This document shows, piece by piece, positions 34,869 through 45,020 of a stretch of 64,000 nucleotides of DNA. Numbering within the stretch: position 1 is the stretch's first letter; the number at the start of each line of letters is the position of its first letter. This stretch comes from Thermoplasmata archaeon (GTDB taxonomy: Archaea; Thermoplasmatota; Thermoplasmata; UBA10834): positions 37,340-101,339 of the forward strand of contig JBFFML010000004.1 in NCBI GenBank assembly GCA_041554135.1, given 5' to 3'. The notes beneath the pieces were generated by a model, which was not told where the DNA came from, made no database searches, and worked only from the letters and a program-made list of their open reading frames with translations. A program made the position numbers and the translations under genes.

Positions 34869-37800
34869 ATGTCAGCCGAACCACACCAACCATCAGGGAA
34901 TGCTGTCCACTCCACGGACAATGAATCGAAGATAGGACGGGGTTGGAATGTGGAGCCGCAGATAGGCGCGAACGCAAGGACGGTACTAGAGCGACGCTAC
35001 CTGAAGAAGGGAGAGGACGGCAAGGCCGCGGAGACGCCACGCCAGTTGTTCGAGCGTGTCGCACAAGCGATAGCCTCCGCAGAGGAGAGATATGGCAAAT
35101 CGGCCAAAGAGAGGGACGAGATTGCCGCTCGGTTCTACGAGATGATGGCCCGTCAGGAGTTCATGCCGAATAGCCCTACGCTCATGAACGCTGGCAGGGA
35201 GTTGGGACAGCTATCGGCGTGTTTCGTCCTTCCTGTGGGCGACTCGATGGAGGAGATCTTCGACTCCATCAAATACACTGCCCTCATACACAAATGCCTC
35301 GTCCCGGAGACACTGGTGATGACCGACTCCGGATGCATGAACCTCGGTTCGGTACGGAACGACACATGGATTGAGACGCACGAGGGCATGGACCAGGTGA
35401 TTGAGAACCACGACAACGGCATCCAGAGAGTCATGACGGTGGAGACGGACGAAGGGTACTCAATCACTGGGACGCCGCAACACCGCCTGATGACGGAGCA
35501 GTCTGGAAGGGAACTCGAGTGGAAGCAGATGGGTGATCTTGAGGAGGGGGAGACGCTCATCATGAAGCTCGGAGGATGGCTGGGCGGCACACTTCACAGC
35601 GTCGAGCGCGACATATCGGACTTCTCCGACTCTTTCGACGAGAGCGTGGTAAGAGCGGATGAACGCGCGCTGTGCGAATTCCTCAGGAACGCATTCACAG
35701 GGCACGGATGGGTGACCGACGAGGGCATCGTTCGACTGGAGCTGGACTCCGAGAGCGTCGCCCGGGAGCTTCAGGTGATCCTGTTCTATGTCGGAGTGCC
35801 CACGCACAGGGACGGCCCGAGCCTGACCGTGTGCACAGCTTCGGGGTTCCAGACGTTCAAGGAGAAGATAGGCTTCGACTCAATGCTCCTCTCGCGTAGG
35901 CTGGCGGGCGTTGGTCCCGACGACGTCCTGCCGGGCCTCAGGGCCGCAGAGGTGGCCCACGAAGAGGCGGACGACCAGGGGTTCTACAGAGTCAAGGTGA
36001 AGCGCGTGACGACCTGTGGCGACAGAGGCGTAGTCGACCTCACAGTGAAAGGGAGTCATGCATACCTGGCCAACGGTTTCGTATCTCACAACAGTGGTGG
36101 AGGGACGGGATTCAGCTTCTCGCGCCTCCGACCGGCGAGGGACTGCGTGAAGAGCACCGCAGGCGTGTCGAGCGGTCCGATCTCCTTCATGGAAGTCTTC
36201 AACACCGCGACCGAGACGATCAAGCAGGGCGGCACCCGCAGGGGCGCCAACATGGGCATACTGAGAGTCGACCATCCGGACATACTCGAGTTCATCACGT
36301 GCAAGCGAGACAGTACCAAGCTGACGAACTTCAACATATCAGTGGCGCTCACGGACAGGTTCATGAGCGCCCTCGAGAGGGACGAGGAGTACGACATGGT
36401 CAACCCCAGGTCCGGCGAGGTCGTGTCGAAGATGAAGGCCAAGAAGGTCTTCGACCTGATCGTCAACATGGCATGGCGGAACGGCGAGCCTGGGATCGTC
36501 TTCATAGACAGGATAAACAGGGACAACCCGACGCCGTCGGTCGGCGAGATCGAGAGCACCAATCCCTGCGGGGAGCAGCCGCTCCTGCCGTACGAGTCCT
36601 GCAACCTCGGCTCCATAAACCTCGCCAAGATGATGAAGATGCAGGACGGGCGCGTGGTCGTGGACTACGACCGGCTGAGGGAGACAGTCCATTTGGCCGT
36701 CCGATTCCTGGACGACGTGATAGACGTGAACAAGTACCCGTTGGAGCAGATTGACCACATGACCAAGGCCAACCGGAAGATCGGCCTTGGGGTGATGGGC
36801 TTCGCGGACATGTTGCTGCACATGGGCGTACGCTACGACTCCGACGAGGCTTCGGGCCTTGGCGGTGAGCTCATGGCATTCATAGACGAGGAGGGGCACA
36901 GGGCCTCCCAGGAGCTGGCGGACGAGCGTGGGAGTTTCCCCAACTTCGAGGAGAGCACCTTGTCCAAGCGGTATGACAGGTTGCGCAACGCGACGGTGAC
37001 GACGATAGCCCCCACCGGCACCATAAGCATCATCACGGGGGCGTCCAGCGGCATAGAGCCCATATTCGCAGTCGCCTATGTCCGGAACGTAATGGACAGG
37101 GACATCCTCCCGGAGGTCAATCCGATATTCGAACAGATGGCGAAGGAGCGGGGGTTCTACTCTGAGGACATGATGAAGGAGATCGCGGCCCAGGGCTCCG
37201 TCAAGGACGTCAAGGGCGTCCCTGAGGATCTCAGGGAGCTTTTCGTGACCGCCCTGGACATAACGCCCGAGGCGCACGTCCGGATGCAGGCCGCCTTCCA
37301 GGAACACACCGACAACGCCGTCTCCAAGACGGTCAACTTCCCAAAGGAGGCGACGACCGAGGACGTCGAGCGCGTCTACATGCTGGCCCACAGACTCGGC
37401 TGCAAGGGCGTGACGGTTTACAGGTACGGCAGCAGGGACGACCAGGTACTCAGCGTCGGAGACGGCGCTGCCAAGAAGGGGGCCGAGGAGGGCGACGGGA
37501 AGGCTCAGGAGGACGCCCGCGCCCCCAGACCGAGGCCCTACAGGACGACTGGCACGACACAGCGGATCGAGACTGGATGCGGACACCTGTATGTGACGAT
37601 CAACGAGGACGAGAACGGCCTCTGCGAGGTGTTCACGCAGATGGGCAAATCGGGGGGATGCACGGCCTCGCAGTCCGAGGCAATAGGCAGGCTGCTGTCG
37701 CTGGCCCTCAGATCCGGGATCGACCCGGAGTCCATAACCAAGCAGCTGAGGGGCATAAGATGCCCCTCGCCGCTCTGGCAGCCGGGCGGTATGGTGCTGT

Positions 37801-38030
37801 CGTGCAGCGACGCGGTGGCCAAGGCGCTCGACCGGTACGTGAACGAGCGCTCATCACGGGTGGGATCGACCGCGAGTCCGCCCTCTGGCCTGGATACCGC
37901 CACCGTCGAGAAGCAGAACCATGTCGACAGGGGGGACGTGTGTCCCGAGTGCCCGGAGTGCGGGAGCATGGTGGAGTACGTCGAAGGATGCGTCGTCTGC
38001 AGGACCTGCGGATACTCTCGCTGTTGGTGA
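34869..38030 (+). CDS. nrdJ: Class II (adenosylcobalamin-dependent type) ribonucleotide reductase, intein-containing, with C-terminal zinc ribbon
   Basis: Extein motifs NSPTLMNAG, ACFVLPV, GGGTGFSFSRLRP, STNPCGEQPL and TIAPTG. C-terminal CPECPECG...CVVCRTCG. The extein is 787 aa once the 266-aa insert is removed. Confidence 0.9.
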   Translation: MSAEPHQPSGNAVHSTDNESKIGRGWNVEPQIGANARTVLERRYLKKGEDGKAAETPRQLFERVAQAIASAEERYGKSAKERDEIAARFYEMMARQEFMPNSPTLMNAGRELGQLSACFVLPVGDSMEEIFDSIKYTALIHKCLVPETLVMTDSGCMNLGSVRNDTWIETHEGMDQVIENHDNGIQRVMTVETDEGYSITGTPQHRLMTEQSGRELEWKQMGDLEEGETLIMKLGGWLGGTLHSVERDISDFSDSFDESVVRADERALCEFLRNAFTGHGWVTDEGIVRLELDSESVARELQVILFYVGVPTHRDGPSLTVCTASGFQTFKEKIGFDSMLLSRRLAGVGPDDVLPGLRAAEVAHEEADDQGFYRVKVKRVTTCGDRGVVDLTVKGSHAYLANGFVSHNSGGGTGFSFSRLRPARDCVKSTAGVSSGPISFMEVFNTATETIKQGGTRRGANMGILRVDHPDILEFITCKRDSTKLTNFNISVALTDRFMSALERDEEYDMVNPRSGEVVSKMKAKKVFDLIVNMAWRNGEPGIVFIDRINRDNPTPSVGEIESTNPCGEQPLLPYESCNLGSINLAKMMKMQDGRVVVDYDRLRETVHLAVRFLDDVIDVNKYPLEQIDHMTKANRKIGLGVMGFADMLLHMGVRYDSDEASGLGGELMAFIDEEGHRASQELADERGSFPNFEESTLSKRYDRLRNATVTTIAPTGTISIITGASSGIEPIFAVAYVRNVMDRDILPEVNPIFEQMAKERGFYSEDMMKEIAAQGSVKDVKGVPEDLRELFVTALDITPEAHVRMQAAFQEHTDNAVSKTVNFPKEATTEDVERVYMLAHRLGCKGVTVYRYGSRDDQVLSVGDGAAKKGAEEGDGKAQEDARAPRPRPYRTTGTTQRIETGCGHLYVTINEDENGLCEVFTQMGKSGGCTASQSEAIGRLLSLALRSGIDPESITKQLRGIRCPSPLWQPGGMVLSCSDAVAKALDRYVNERSSRVGSTASPPSGLDTATVEKQNHVDRGDVCPECPECGSMVEYVEGCVVCRTCGYSRCW
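35295..36092 (+). mobile_element. Intein (266 aa) inserted between ...ALIHK and SGGGTGFSF...
   Basis: Block A CLVPETLVMTDSG and block B ITGTPQHRLMT. A single LAGLIDADG-like motif, FLRNAFTGHGWV. Terminal block VVDLTVKGSHAYLANGFVSHN is followed by +1 Ser. Coordinates were derived from residue counts (143-408). Confidence 0.85.
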
Positions 38031-38164
38031 GAGGGCAAGAAGAGGGAATCATGGCGCCGCCGGCTCCGCAGGGATGCGAGGGGCCGGGGCAGGTTTATTT
38101 TCCAGTGCGTCTTTCCGTGGTGTCGCTGGCGCGAGAGGGCGCGGCGTAAGGAGATGAGGCGCGT

Positions 38165-38746
38165 ATGGCTAGGGTAATCACGGTGAACGGCAGCCCGAGG
38201 AAGGACGGAAACGTGGACGCCATGTTGCGAGCGGCCGAGCAGGAGCTCGAGAGCCGTGGCGTGGATTTCGAGCGCATCTCGCTCTCCGACCACAAGGTCG
38301 GACCGTGCGAGGCGTGCGACATGTGCTCGGAGGACGCCTGGAGATGTCCGATCGAGGACGACGCGATACCTCTGCTGAGGAAGCTCGTGGCTGCCGACGC
38401 CATGATAGTCGGGTCGCCGGTCTATTTCGGAGGCGTCACGGCGCAGCTCAAGGCCCTGTTCGACAGGTCGGCTATACCCTACCAGAAGTCGGAGCTCAGG
38501 GGCAAGATAGGCGGCGCCATGAGCTGCGGAGGCGGGGCCCACGGAGGCCAGGAGATGACCGTCAACCAGATCATCATGTTCTTCCTCATGCACGACATGG
38601 TCGTGGCAGGGGCCGGCGAGGGCGTGTTCGGGGCGATGGCGGTGGCGAACGACAAGGGCGAGATCGAGAAGGATGGCGAGGGGCTGTCGTCGGCTCGCGC
38701 GCTTGCAGGGCGCATCGCCGAGATGCTCGACGAGCGGGGGCCGTGA
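38165..38746 (+). CDS. Iron-sulfur flavoprotein / NADPH-dependent FMN reductase family
   Basis: Flavodoxin-like NGSPRKDGN...GSPVYFGG. Compact Cys cluster CEACDMCSEDAWRC, typical of Isf-type proteins. Confidence 0.75.
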   Translation: MARVITVNGSPRKDGNVDAMLRAAEQELESRGVDFERISLSDHKVGPCEACDMCSEDAWRCPIEDDAIPLLRKLVAADAMIVGSPVYFGGVTAQLKALFDRSAIPYQKSELRGKIGGAMSCGGGAHGGQEMTVNQIIMFFLMHDMVVAGAGEGVFGAMAVANDKGEIEKDGEGLSSARALAGRIAEMLDERGP

Positions 38747-38956
38747 CCCCAGCGATGGAGGCCGCATACGCTACGTGTAATGCGAACTGACCTCACGCCC
38801 TGACACCTTCGTCGAATCGGTTGGCCGACGGCCCGCGGCGCCGATGAAACGCAGGCTTGCGGGGAGGGCGACTGAGCATACCGTGTGGCCTACGCGGGTC
38901 CGCGGCCAAACCCATATGACCCAGGTAGCGCATAAGCATCCGGGCGCGCGCGCTCA

Positions 38957-39952
38957 GTGCGCGAGCATGGCGGTGGCATGAGAATGACGGTCAAACAGAT
39001 GATAAGCCAGCTCAAGGCGGACGACAGAGTGGACTCCTGTTTCTCGTTGGCATACAAGAAGCCCGTGTCGGAGTACAGATACGGGTTCATGTTCGAGTTC
39101 AGGCTGGCGGACAGGACCGGCCAGATGACGGCGAAGTACTGGGGTGGGGAGGACCGGCCCAAGGTGCAGAGCCTCCAGGAGTCGCTGGTGCGGGGCGATG
39201 TCCTGCGGGTCGTGGGCGAGGTCGGCGAGTACAGGAGCCAGCTCGAGCTGTCCGTGAGCGAGAAGGACGGGGGAATGGTGGCGCGAGCGCTGCCGGAGGA
39301 GTACGACATCTCGGATTTCGTGCCGACCGTCGAGGGCATACCCGAGCTGAGGAGCAGGCTGCTCGGCTTCATCCCTGAGATCGAGGAACCGCACATCGAG
39401 CGCCTGCTGAGGAGCGTGTTCGAGGACGACGAGTTCATGGACGCGTTCTGCAGGTCACCAGCGTCCATACAGCTGCACTCAGCGGCGGTCGGTGGGTTGA
39501 TACACCATACAGTCAACGTCGTGGAGATATGCTCGAAGATGCTGCAGCTTCAACCAGGCCTCGACAGGGACCTCGTCCTCGCGGGGGCGATGCTCCACGA
39601 CATCGGGAAGACACGCAGCTTCACGGTGACGACGAACATAAACCACACGCCGGAGGGCAACATGCTCGGTCACATCGTCGTCGGGGACGAGCTGCTGCTC
39701 GACAGGCTGAGGTCGATCGACGGCTTCCCGCCGGAGCTGGAGCTCAAGTTGAGGCACATACTCGCATCGCACCACGGCAGGAGGGAATGGGGTTCGCCCG
39801 TTGAACCGATGATGCCTGAGGCGCTGCTGGTGCACGAGGCGGACGACCTCGACGCGAAGTTGAACTACATGGTGGCGAAGAGGGACGATGCCGAGACCGA
39901 AGACGACTGGATATGGGACCGGAGGCTCTCGCGGCTGATATACCTCAGATGA
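38957..39952 (+). CDS. OB-fold + HD-domain nuclease/phosphohydrolase (YhaM/Cbf1-like)
   Basis: The N-terminal OB-like region is FEFRLADRTGQMTAKYWGG...VLRVVGEVGEYRSQLELSV. The HD region is HHTVNVVEI...MLHDIGK...HHGRREWGSP. The likely true start is ATG 38978 or 38984. Confidence 0.7.
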   Translation: MREHGGGMRMTVKQMISQLKADDRVDSCFSLAYKKPVSEYRYGFMFEFRLADRTGQMTAKYWGGEDRPKVQSLQESLVRGDVLRVVGEVGEYRSQLELSVSEKDGGMVARALPEEYDISDFVPTVEGIPELRSRLLGFIPEIEEPHIERLLRSVFEDDEFMDAFCRSPASIQLHSAAVGGLIHHTVNVVEICSKMLQLQPGLDRDLVLAGAMLHDIGKTRSFTVTTNINHTPEGNMLGHIVVGDELLLDRLRSIDGFPPELELKLRHILASHHGRREWGSPVEPMMPEALLVHEADDLDAKLNYMVAKRDDAETEDDWIWDRRLSRLIYLR

Positions 39953-40006
39953 CGCGGGCGGGAGGGGCCGTCCTAGCACAATTCTATACATCAATGTAGC
40001 AAAAAG

Positions 40007-40013
40007 ATATATA
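40007..40013 (+). promoter_or_regulatory. Candidate TATA (aaaaag-atatata) upstream of the trpB2-like gene
   Basis: Lies about 50 nt upstream of ATG 40060. An aggagga Shine-Dalgarno-like motif sits at 40048-40054. Confidence 0.35.
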
Positions 40014-40059
40014 GTGCTCGTGTATTCCCCGTCCTTCACACGCGAACAGGAGGAATCAC

Positions 40060-41361
40060 ATGAGATCAATACGAACCGTGCTTTCGCCAGAGGAGATGCC
40101 GAAGAAATGGTACAACATACTGCCGGACCTTCCCAAACCGCTGCCGCCACCGCTGAACCCAGGGACCAAGGAACCGATCTCGCCGAGCGACCTTGAGGTG
40201 ATCTTCCCCAAGTCCCTGATAGCTCAGGAGATGTCGCAGGACAGCTACATAGACATCCCGGAGGAGGTCCTCGACGCATACCTGATGGTGACGAGGCCCA
40301 GCCCGCTCCAGCGGGCCGTCCGACTCGAGGAGAAGCTGAAGACGCCTGCGAAGATCTACTTCAAGCGGGAGGACCTCTCGCCTGCTGGCAGCCACAAGAC
40401 GAACACCGCCCTCGCCCAGACGTACTACAACATGAAGGAGGGCGTCGAGAGGCTCACTACCGAAACGGGGGCTGGTCAATGGGGAACGGCCCTGAGCCTC
40501 GCGTGCAACCATTTCGACATGAAGTGCCAGGTGTTCATGGTGAGGGCGAGCTACGACCAGAAGCCCTACCGGAGGGAGATGATGCGGCTCTTCGGAGGCG
40601 ACGTCCATCCTTCGCCGAGCGAGCTGACCGAGTTCGGCAAGAAGCTTCTGGCCAAGGACAAGAACCATCCGGGATCGCTCGGCATAGCCATCAGCGAGGC
40701 GATCGAGACCTGTGTCAAGGATGGAAAGGCGAAGTACAGCCTCGGGAGCGTCCTCAACCACGTCATGTTGCACCAGACGATCATAGGTCAGGAGACGATG
40801 CTGCAGTTCCAGAAGCTCGGGGAGAAGCCGGACGCGCTCATAGGGTGCGTCGGCGGGGGCTCCAACTTCGCCGGTTTCACCTTCCCGTTCATAGGTCAGA
40901 AGCTGAAGGGGAAGATCGACACGGAGTTCTTCGCGGTGGAGCCGACAGTCGTTCCCACTCTGACGTCGGGCAAGTACGAGTACGACTTCGGTGACACGGC
41001 CGAGATGACACCGCTGCTCATGATGTACACGCTGGGCCACGCTTTCGTGCCGTCGCCCATACACGCGGGAGGTCTCAGGTACCATGGCGCCGCCCCGACT
41101 GTCAGCGCGCTCGTCGACGAAGGCGTCGTCAAGCCGTTGGCGTATCCCCAGAAGGACGTGTTCGACGCCGCAGCGATGTTCACGAGGGCGGAAGGCATAA
41201 TACCGGCGCCGGAGACGAGCCATGCGATCAAGGCAGCCATCGACCTCGCGCTCAAGGCCAAGGAGGACAACGAGGAGAAGGTCATCGCCTTCAACTTCTC
41301 GGGCCACGGGCTGCTCGACCTCACAGGATACCAGCAGTACCTGGATGGCACGCTCACATAG
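40060..41361 (+). CDS. Tryptophan synthase beta-like protein, TrpB2 type (stand-alone)
   Basis: The N-terminal [19 protein letters not shown] is typical of TrpB2. PLP-lysine motif GSHKTNTA, plus [11 protein letters not shown]. No other trp genes are nearby. Confidence 0.85.
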   Translation: MRSIRTVLSPEEMPKKWYNILPDLPKPLPPPLNPGTKEPISPSDLEVIFPKSLIAQEMSQDSYIDIPEEVLDAYLMVTRPSPLQRAVRLEEKLKTPAKIYFKREDLSPAGSHKTNTALAQTYYNMKEGVERLTTETGAGQWGTALSLACNHFDMKCQVFMVRASYDQKPYRREMMRLFGGDVHPSPSELTEFGKKLLAKDKNHPGSLGIAISEAIETCVKDGKAKYSLGSVLNHVMLHQTIIGQETMLQFQKLGEKPDALIGCVGGGSNFAGFTFPFIGQKLKGKIDTEFFAVEPTVVPTLTSGKYEYDFGDTAEMTPLLMMYTLGHAFVPSPIHAGGLRYHGAAPTVSALVDEGVVKPLAYPQKDVFDAAAMFTRAEGIIPAPETSHAIKAAIDLALKAKEDNEEKVIAFNFSGHGLLDLTGYQQYLDGTLT

Positions 41362-41424
41362 GCGCGGCGAGCGTGGATGGCCGATGCGGCAAAAGCGCTG
41401 GCGAGCACCAGCGCCCCCGCACGG

Positions 41425-41919
41425 TCATGCGAAGTAGGAGTCCTGAGCCTCTCGCACGTTCCTGTAGGATGACCTGAACTCAGGGCGCTCGAGCAGTCTG
41501 TCGAGCCGCCTTCTCAGGTCTCCTTCGAGCTTGTCCTGCCTCGATGAGAAGTACTCCTCCTTCAGAAGCCAAGAGGTGTCCGAGGAGTACTGCTGCATGC
41601 CGAGCATGGTCACGGCGGAGGCGCTCCTGGAACGCGAGACCAGGCCGAGCGGGACTGGTGAGCCCTGTCTGGCAAGGTCGGCCAGATCCGGGGAGATGGA
41701 ACCGACCTCGCATCCCACGCCGACCATGTTCCTCGGGGAGACCTCCATGGCCCTTATCTGATAGACCTTATCGTCCGAGAAGATGAACGTGTCGTACTCG
41801 CCGGTCACGTGGTCTCTGCCGCTGAGCGCGCGCCACATCTGCTTCCGCTCGCTAAGGTCGTAACGTCCCTTGAGCAGAAGCATGAGCTCCTCGACGCCGT
41901 GTATCTCCAATTGGGCCAC
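41425..41919 (-). CDS. Hypothetical protein (no recognisable domain)
   Basis: 164-aa ORF that fills the gap between trpB2 and purC. The composition looks coding-like, and I could find no motif. Confidence 0.4.
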   Translation of the reverse strand: MAQLEIHGVEELMLLLKGRYDLSERKQMWRALSGRDHVTGEYDTFIFSDDKVYQIRAMEVSPRNMVGVGCEVGSISPDLADLARQGSPVPLGLVSRSRSASAVTMLGMQQYSSDTSWLLKEEYFSSRQDKLEGDLRRRLDRLLERPEFRSSYRNVREAQDSYFA

Positions 41920-41998
41920 CTCCGCGAAGGCGAAACTCTCGACCGATACGCCCCGCGGTTCCGTCCGTCACGTACTATAGCCACGACAGCTCAAGAAA

Positions 41999-42901
41999 TC
42001 ATCGGTAGCTCTCGCCCGTGATCCTCTCGAACATCTCTATATAGAGGCTCGAGATCTCCTCTATCTTGTCAGCCGGGAGCGCGGGCATCTTCGGCTCGGG
42101 CTTGCCCTGGCGTCTGGCCTCGGACAGCCTGTCGTGATATCCTATCTGGCGGTAGTACTGTCGAACGCTCTCCTTGCTCAGCTCGACGAACTCGCCTTTC
42201 GAGTAGCTGTCCCAGTCCCACCATCTGTCCTCGTCGGACGTGCCGAAGGTGTCGACGACCATGAGCGTTCTGTCCTCGTCGAACGCGAACTCCTTCTTGC
42301 CGTCGACGTGGATAAGGTCCCGCTTCTCGACCTCCTCGGCTATCTTGTCGTCCATGGATAGCGTCGCGTCGACGATCTCCTTGTATTCATCCTGAGATAA
42401 AGCGGCGATCTTCACCGCTTCCCGCTTGGTGAGCAGGCGGTCCACCTTCTCCAGTTTCGTCGTGAACTCTATGAACGGCTCGGGCAGCTTGTCCCCGTAC
42501 TTGACCTTCTTCCCCGTCTTGAAGCCGAGTTTCGAGGGCTTGACCTTGCCGGCGCTGATCCTGTCCCAGAGGGATCCGGCCACATAGTGCCTCGATATGA
42601 CCTCCAGCGGCACGAGGTAGTTCGTCGTCTTCCTCGTCGTGTCCGAGTAGTCGAGCACATCGACCCGCTGGACCCGCATCCGGTTCGGCGGTATGAGCTC
42701 CTTGAAGTGCGTCTTTATGCCGAAGGAGCGGCCGACCTGAAACCAAAACGCGCTAGACCTGCAGAGGGTCTCGCCCTTGTTGGGTATCAGTGAGGGTATG
42801 ATCTTGTCGAACACGGAAACCTTGTCTGAGAAGACGAATTCGAGCGTGTGGGAGTCCACTTCGTAGACATCCTTCACCTTACCCTGGCGCATCAGTTTCA
42901 T
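41999..42901 (-). CDS. purC: Phosphoribosylaminoimidazole-succinocarboxamide (SAICAR) synthase
   Basis: ATG at 42901 (MKLMRQGKVKDVYEV). Motifs FSDKVSVFD and LIHVDGKKEF. This is the long-form PurC. Confidence 0.85.
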   Translation of the reverse strand: MKLMRQGKVKDVYEVDSHTLEFVFSDKVSVFDKIIPSLIPNKGETLCRSSAFWFQVGRSFGIKTHFKELIPPNRMRVQRVDVLDYSDTTRKTTNYLVPLEVISRHYVAGSLWDRISAGKVKPSKLGFKTGKKVKYGDKLPEPFIEFTTKLEKVDRLLTKREAVKIAALSQDEYKEIVDATLSMDDKIAEEVEKRDLIHVDGKKEFAFDEDRTLMVVDTFGTSDEDRWWDWDSYSKGEFVELSKESVRQYYRQIGYHDRLSEARRQGKPEPKMPALPADKIEEISSLYIEMFERITGESYR

Positions 42902-43061
42902 GTGACCGGCTGCGCTTAAGCAATAGTTGTTATTAATGGTTTTGGTACGGCGATTGTCACTGATTCCAAGCGAATCCATGGTCGAAAGAACTGCGCGGAA
43001 AAGTATGGGTGAAAAAGATTAAGGAGCGAGAACTGTGTAGCCTCGCTCGGGATGATGCGAA

Positions 43062-44273
43062 TTGGACGACCTGTTTGACGCCCACTTCTCCAAGAGGGCG
43101 AAGGAGATGAGGGCCTCGGACGTGAGAGAGCTGCTCAAGCTGCTGCAGATGCCCGACATGATCTCCTTCGCTGGAGGGCTGCCCAATCCGGAGACGTTCC
43201 CTGTCGACATAATACGCGACATCGTGGTCGATGTCCTGAAGGACGGCGGTAAGACGCTCCAGTACGGCATAACGGAGGGGTACATGCCATTGAGGGAATC
43301 GCTTACCGAGCGCATGAGCCGCAAAGGCATGGACGTGACCACGGAGAACGTCGTCACAGTCAGCGGGTCGCAGCAGGTGATAGACCTCATGGGCAAGGTC
43401 TTCGTCGACCCGGGAGACACCATCGTCGTCTCCGCGCCGACCTACTTGACCGCGCTCACGGGGTTCTCGATGTACGACCCCGCCTTCGAGTCCGTCCCCA
43501 TAGACGACAACAACATGAGGATGGACCTCTTCGAGGAGACGCTGCAACGGTTGGGACGCGAGGGGAGACGACCGAAGATCGTCTACGTCCTTCCGAACTT
43601 CCAGAACCCCGCGGGCGTGACCATGCCCGAGAAGGGCCGCAGAAGGCTGGTGGACCTCGCATGCGAGCACGACCTGGTGGTCCTGGAGGACGATCCCTAC
43701 GGCGATCTCAGGTATGTGGGAGAGGACATCCCGCCGATCAAGAGCTTCGACGACGAGGGACGGGTGGTCTACATGAGCACTTTCTCGAAGATTCTCGCTC
43801 CGGGCCTGAGAGTGGGCTGGACCGTCGCCCACCCGGACATACTGAAGAAGCTGATCATCGCGAAGCAGTCGAGCGATGTCTGCACCAACGTGCTCGGACA
43901 GGCGATCGCGCACGAGTACATAGCACAGGGACACATCGACCCGCAGATCGGACGGATCCGGGACATCTACCGGCGAAAGCTGGAGATCATGATCGACGGG
44001 ATGAGGCGTTTCATGCCGGAGAGCCTGAAGTGGGTGCCCCCTGAGGGTGGCATGTTCCTCTGGGCGACCCTGCCGGCAGGCTTGTCGTCGTCACAGCTGC
44101 TGAAGGACGCGCTTGAGCGACGCGTGGCGTTCGTCTCGGGCAGGGCGTTCTTCCCGAACCCGGCGGACGGCGACAACGCGCTGCGGCTGAACTTCACGCA
44201 TCCGTCGGACGAGCATATCCTGGAGGGGCTGCGGAGGCTCGGCGACGTGTTCGGCAAGGCGACGCGCGCCTGA
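43062..44273 (+). CDS. PLP-dependent aminotransferase, class I/II (2-aminoadipate/aromatic aminotransferase-like)
   Basis: Motifs FAGGLPNPETFP, LPNFQNPAG and STFSKILAPGLRVGW (PLP lysine). TTG start. Confidence 0.8.
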   Translation: MDDLFDAHFSKRAKEMRASDVRELLKLLQMPDMISFAGGLPNPETFPVDIIRDIVVDVLKDGGKTLQYGITEGYMPLRESLTERMSRKGMDVTTENVVTVSGSQQVIDLMGKVFVDPGDTIVVSAPTYLTALTGFSMYDPAFESVPIDDNNMRMDLFEETLQRLGREGRRPKIVYVLPNFQNPAGVTMPEKGRRRLVDLACEHDLVVLEDDPYGDLRYVGEDIPPIKSFDDEGRVVYMSTFSKILAPGLRVGWTVAHPDILKKLIIAKQSSDVCTNVLGQAIAHEYIAQGHIDPQIGRIRDIYRRKLEIMIDGMRRFMPESLKWVPPEGGMFLWATLPAGLSSSQLLKDALERRVAFVSGRAFFPNPADGDNALRLNFTHPSDEHILEGLRRLGDVFGKATRA

Positions 44274-44311
44274 GGACACGGCCCCCGACAGGCGCTCACA
44301 CGAACGGCCTC

Positions 44312-45013
44312 TCAGAATATATCGGCGCCCGCGTGGACGACGATGCCGCCTTCGGAGATCGTGTACGGCTTGACGCGTCTCGAATGGCCCGTCCGCCTCA
44401 TCTTGAGTATCCTCAACGTCAACTGCACCTCTCCCGAGTCGCTGTCCTCGTCGGACTGAAGCAACAGCACGCCGTCCGCGGTGTACTCGGCGAGGCCGTC
44501 CCTGGAGGACCTGGGGTTCTCGTCCTTGACCTCGGCGGTGAGCAGGGAAGTCGCACCTGTGCTGCGGAGGAGTTGGCACAGGTTGAACAGATTGGCCCTG
44601 CGCTCCGAATCGTCTGGGAACATCATGTTCAGAAGGGACACCGAATCTATGACGACCCTCTTCGCGCCGAACGCCTTCACGAACTTGGGAAGCTCGCTCT
44701 TTATCCTGTTTATCGTCGTCTTCGCGTCCGAAGGCTCCAGCTTGAATAGCCCCAGCTTCTTCTTCGAGATTGGCTCCGAGAGGTCCCAGCCGAAGGCGTC
44801 GGAGTTCTTCATAACGGAATCCTTGTCCTCCTCGAGCGATATGAATATGCAGTTCTCGCCGTCCTTGAGGCCCTCTATCAGGAACTGCAGGGCCATGGTC
44901 GTCTTCCCGGTGCCGAACGAGCCCATCAGCAGGACTATGTGTCCCTCCGGGAGCCCGCCCTGAAGCATCTCATCCAAACCCGGCACGCCCGTCTTGATCC
45001 TCTTCGAAGCCAT
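44312..45013 (-). CDS. KaiC/RecA-superfamily ATPase with canonical Walker A
   Basis: ATG at 45013 (MASKRIKTGVPGLDEML). Walker A GSFGTGKTT and Walker B VVIDSVS. Confidence 0.75.
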   Translation of the reverse strand: MASKRIKTGVPGLDEMLQGGLPEGHIVLLMGSFGTGKTTMALQFLIEGLKDGENCIFISLEEDKDSVMKNSDAFGWDLSEPISKKKLGLFKLEPSDAKTTINRIKSELPKFVKAFGAKRVVIDSVSLLNMMFPDDSERRANLFNLCQLLRSTGATSLLTAEVKDENPRSSRDGLAEYTADGVLLLQSDEDSDSGEVQLTLRILKMRRTGHSRRVKPYTISEGGIVVHAGADIF

Positions 45014-45020
45014 CTGTGTC

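Noticed and set aside
36339-37586. 415-aa minus-strand ORF
   Set aside because: It is antisense to the ribonucleotide reductase C-terminal half, and I found no motifs.
37538-38767. 409-aa minus-strand ORF spanning the nrdJ 3' end and the flavoprotein gene
   Set aside because: It crosses an intergenic region and is antisense to two well-supported genes. The composition is typical of GC-rich noise.
40066-41307. 413-aa minus-strand ORF
   Set aside because: It is antisense to TrpB2, which has the PLP-lysine and GGGSN motifs.
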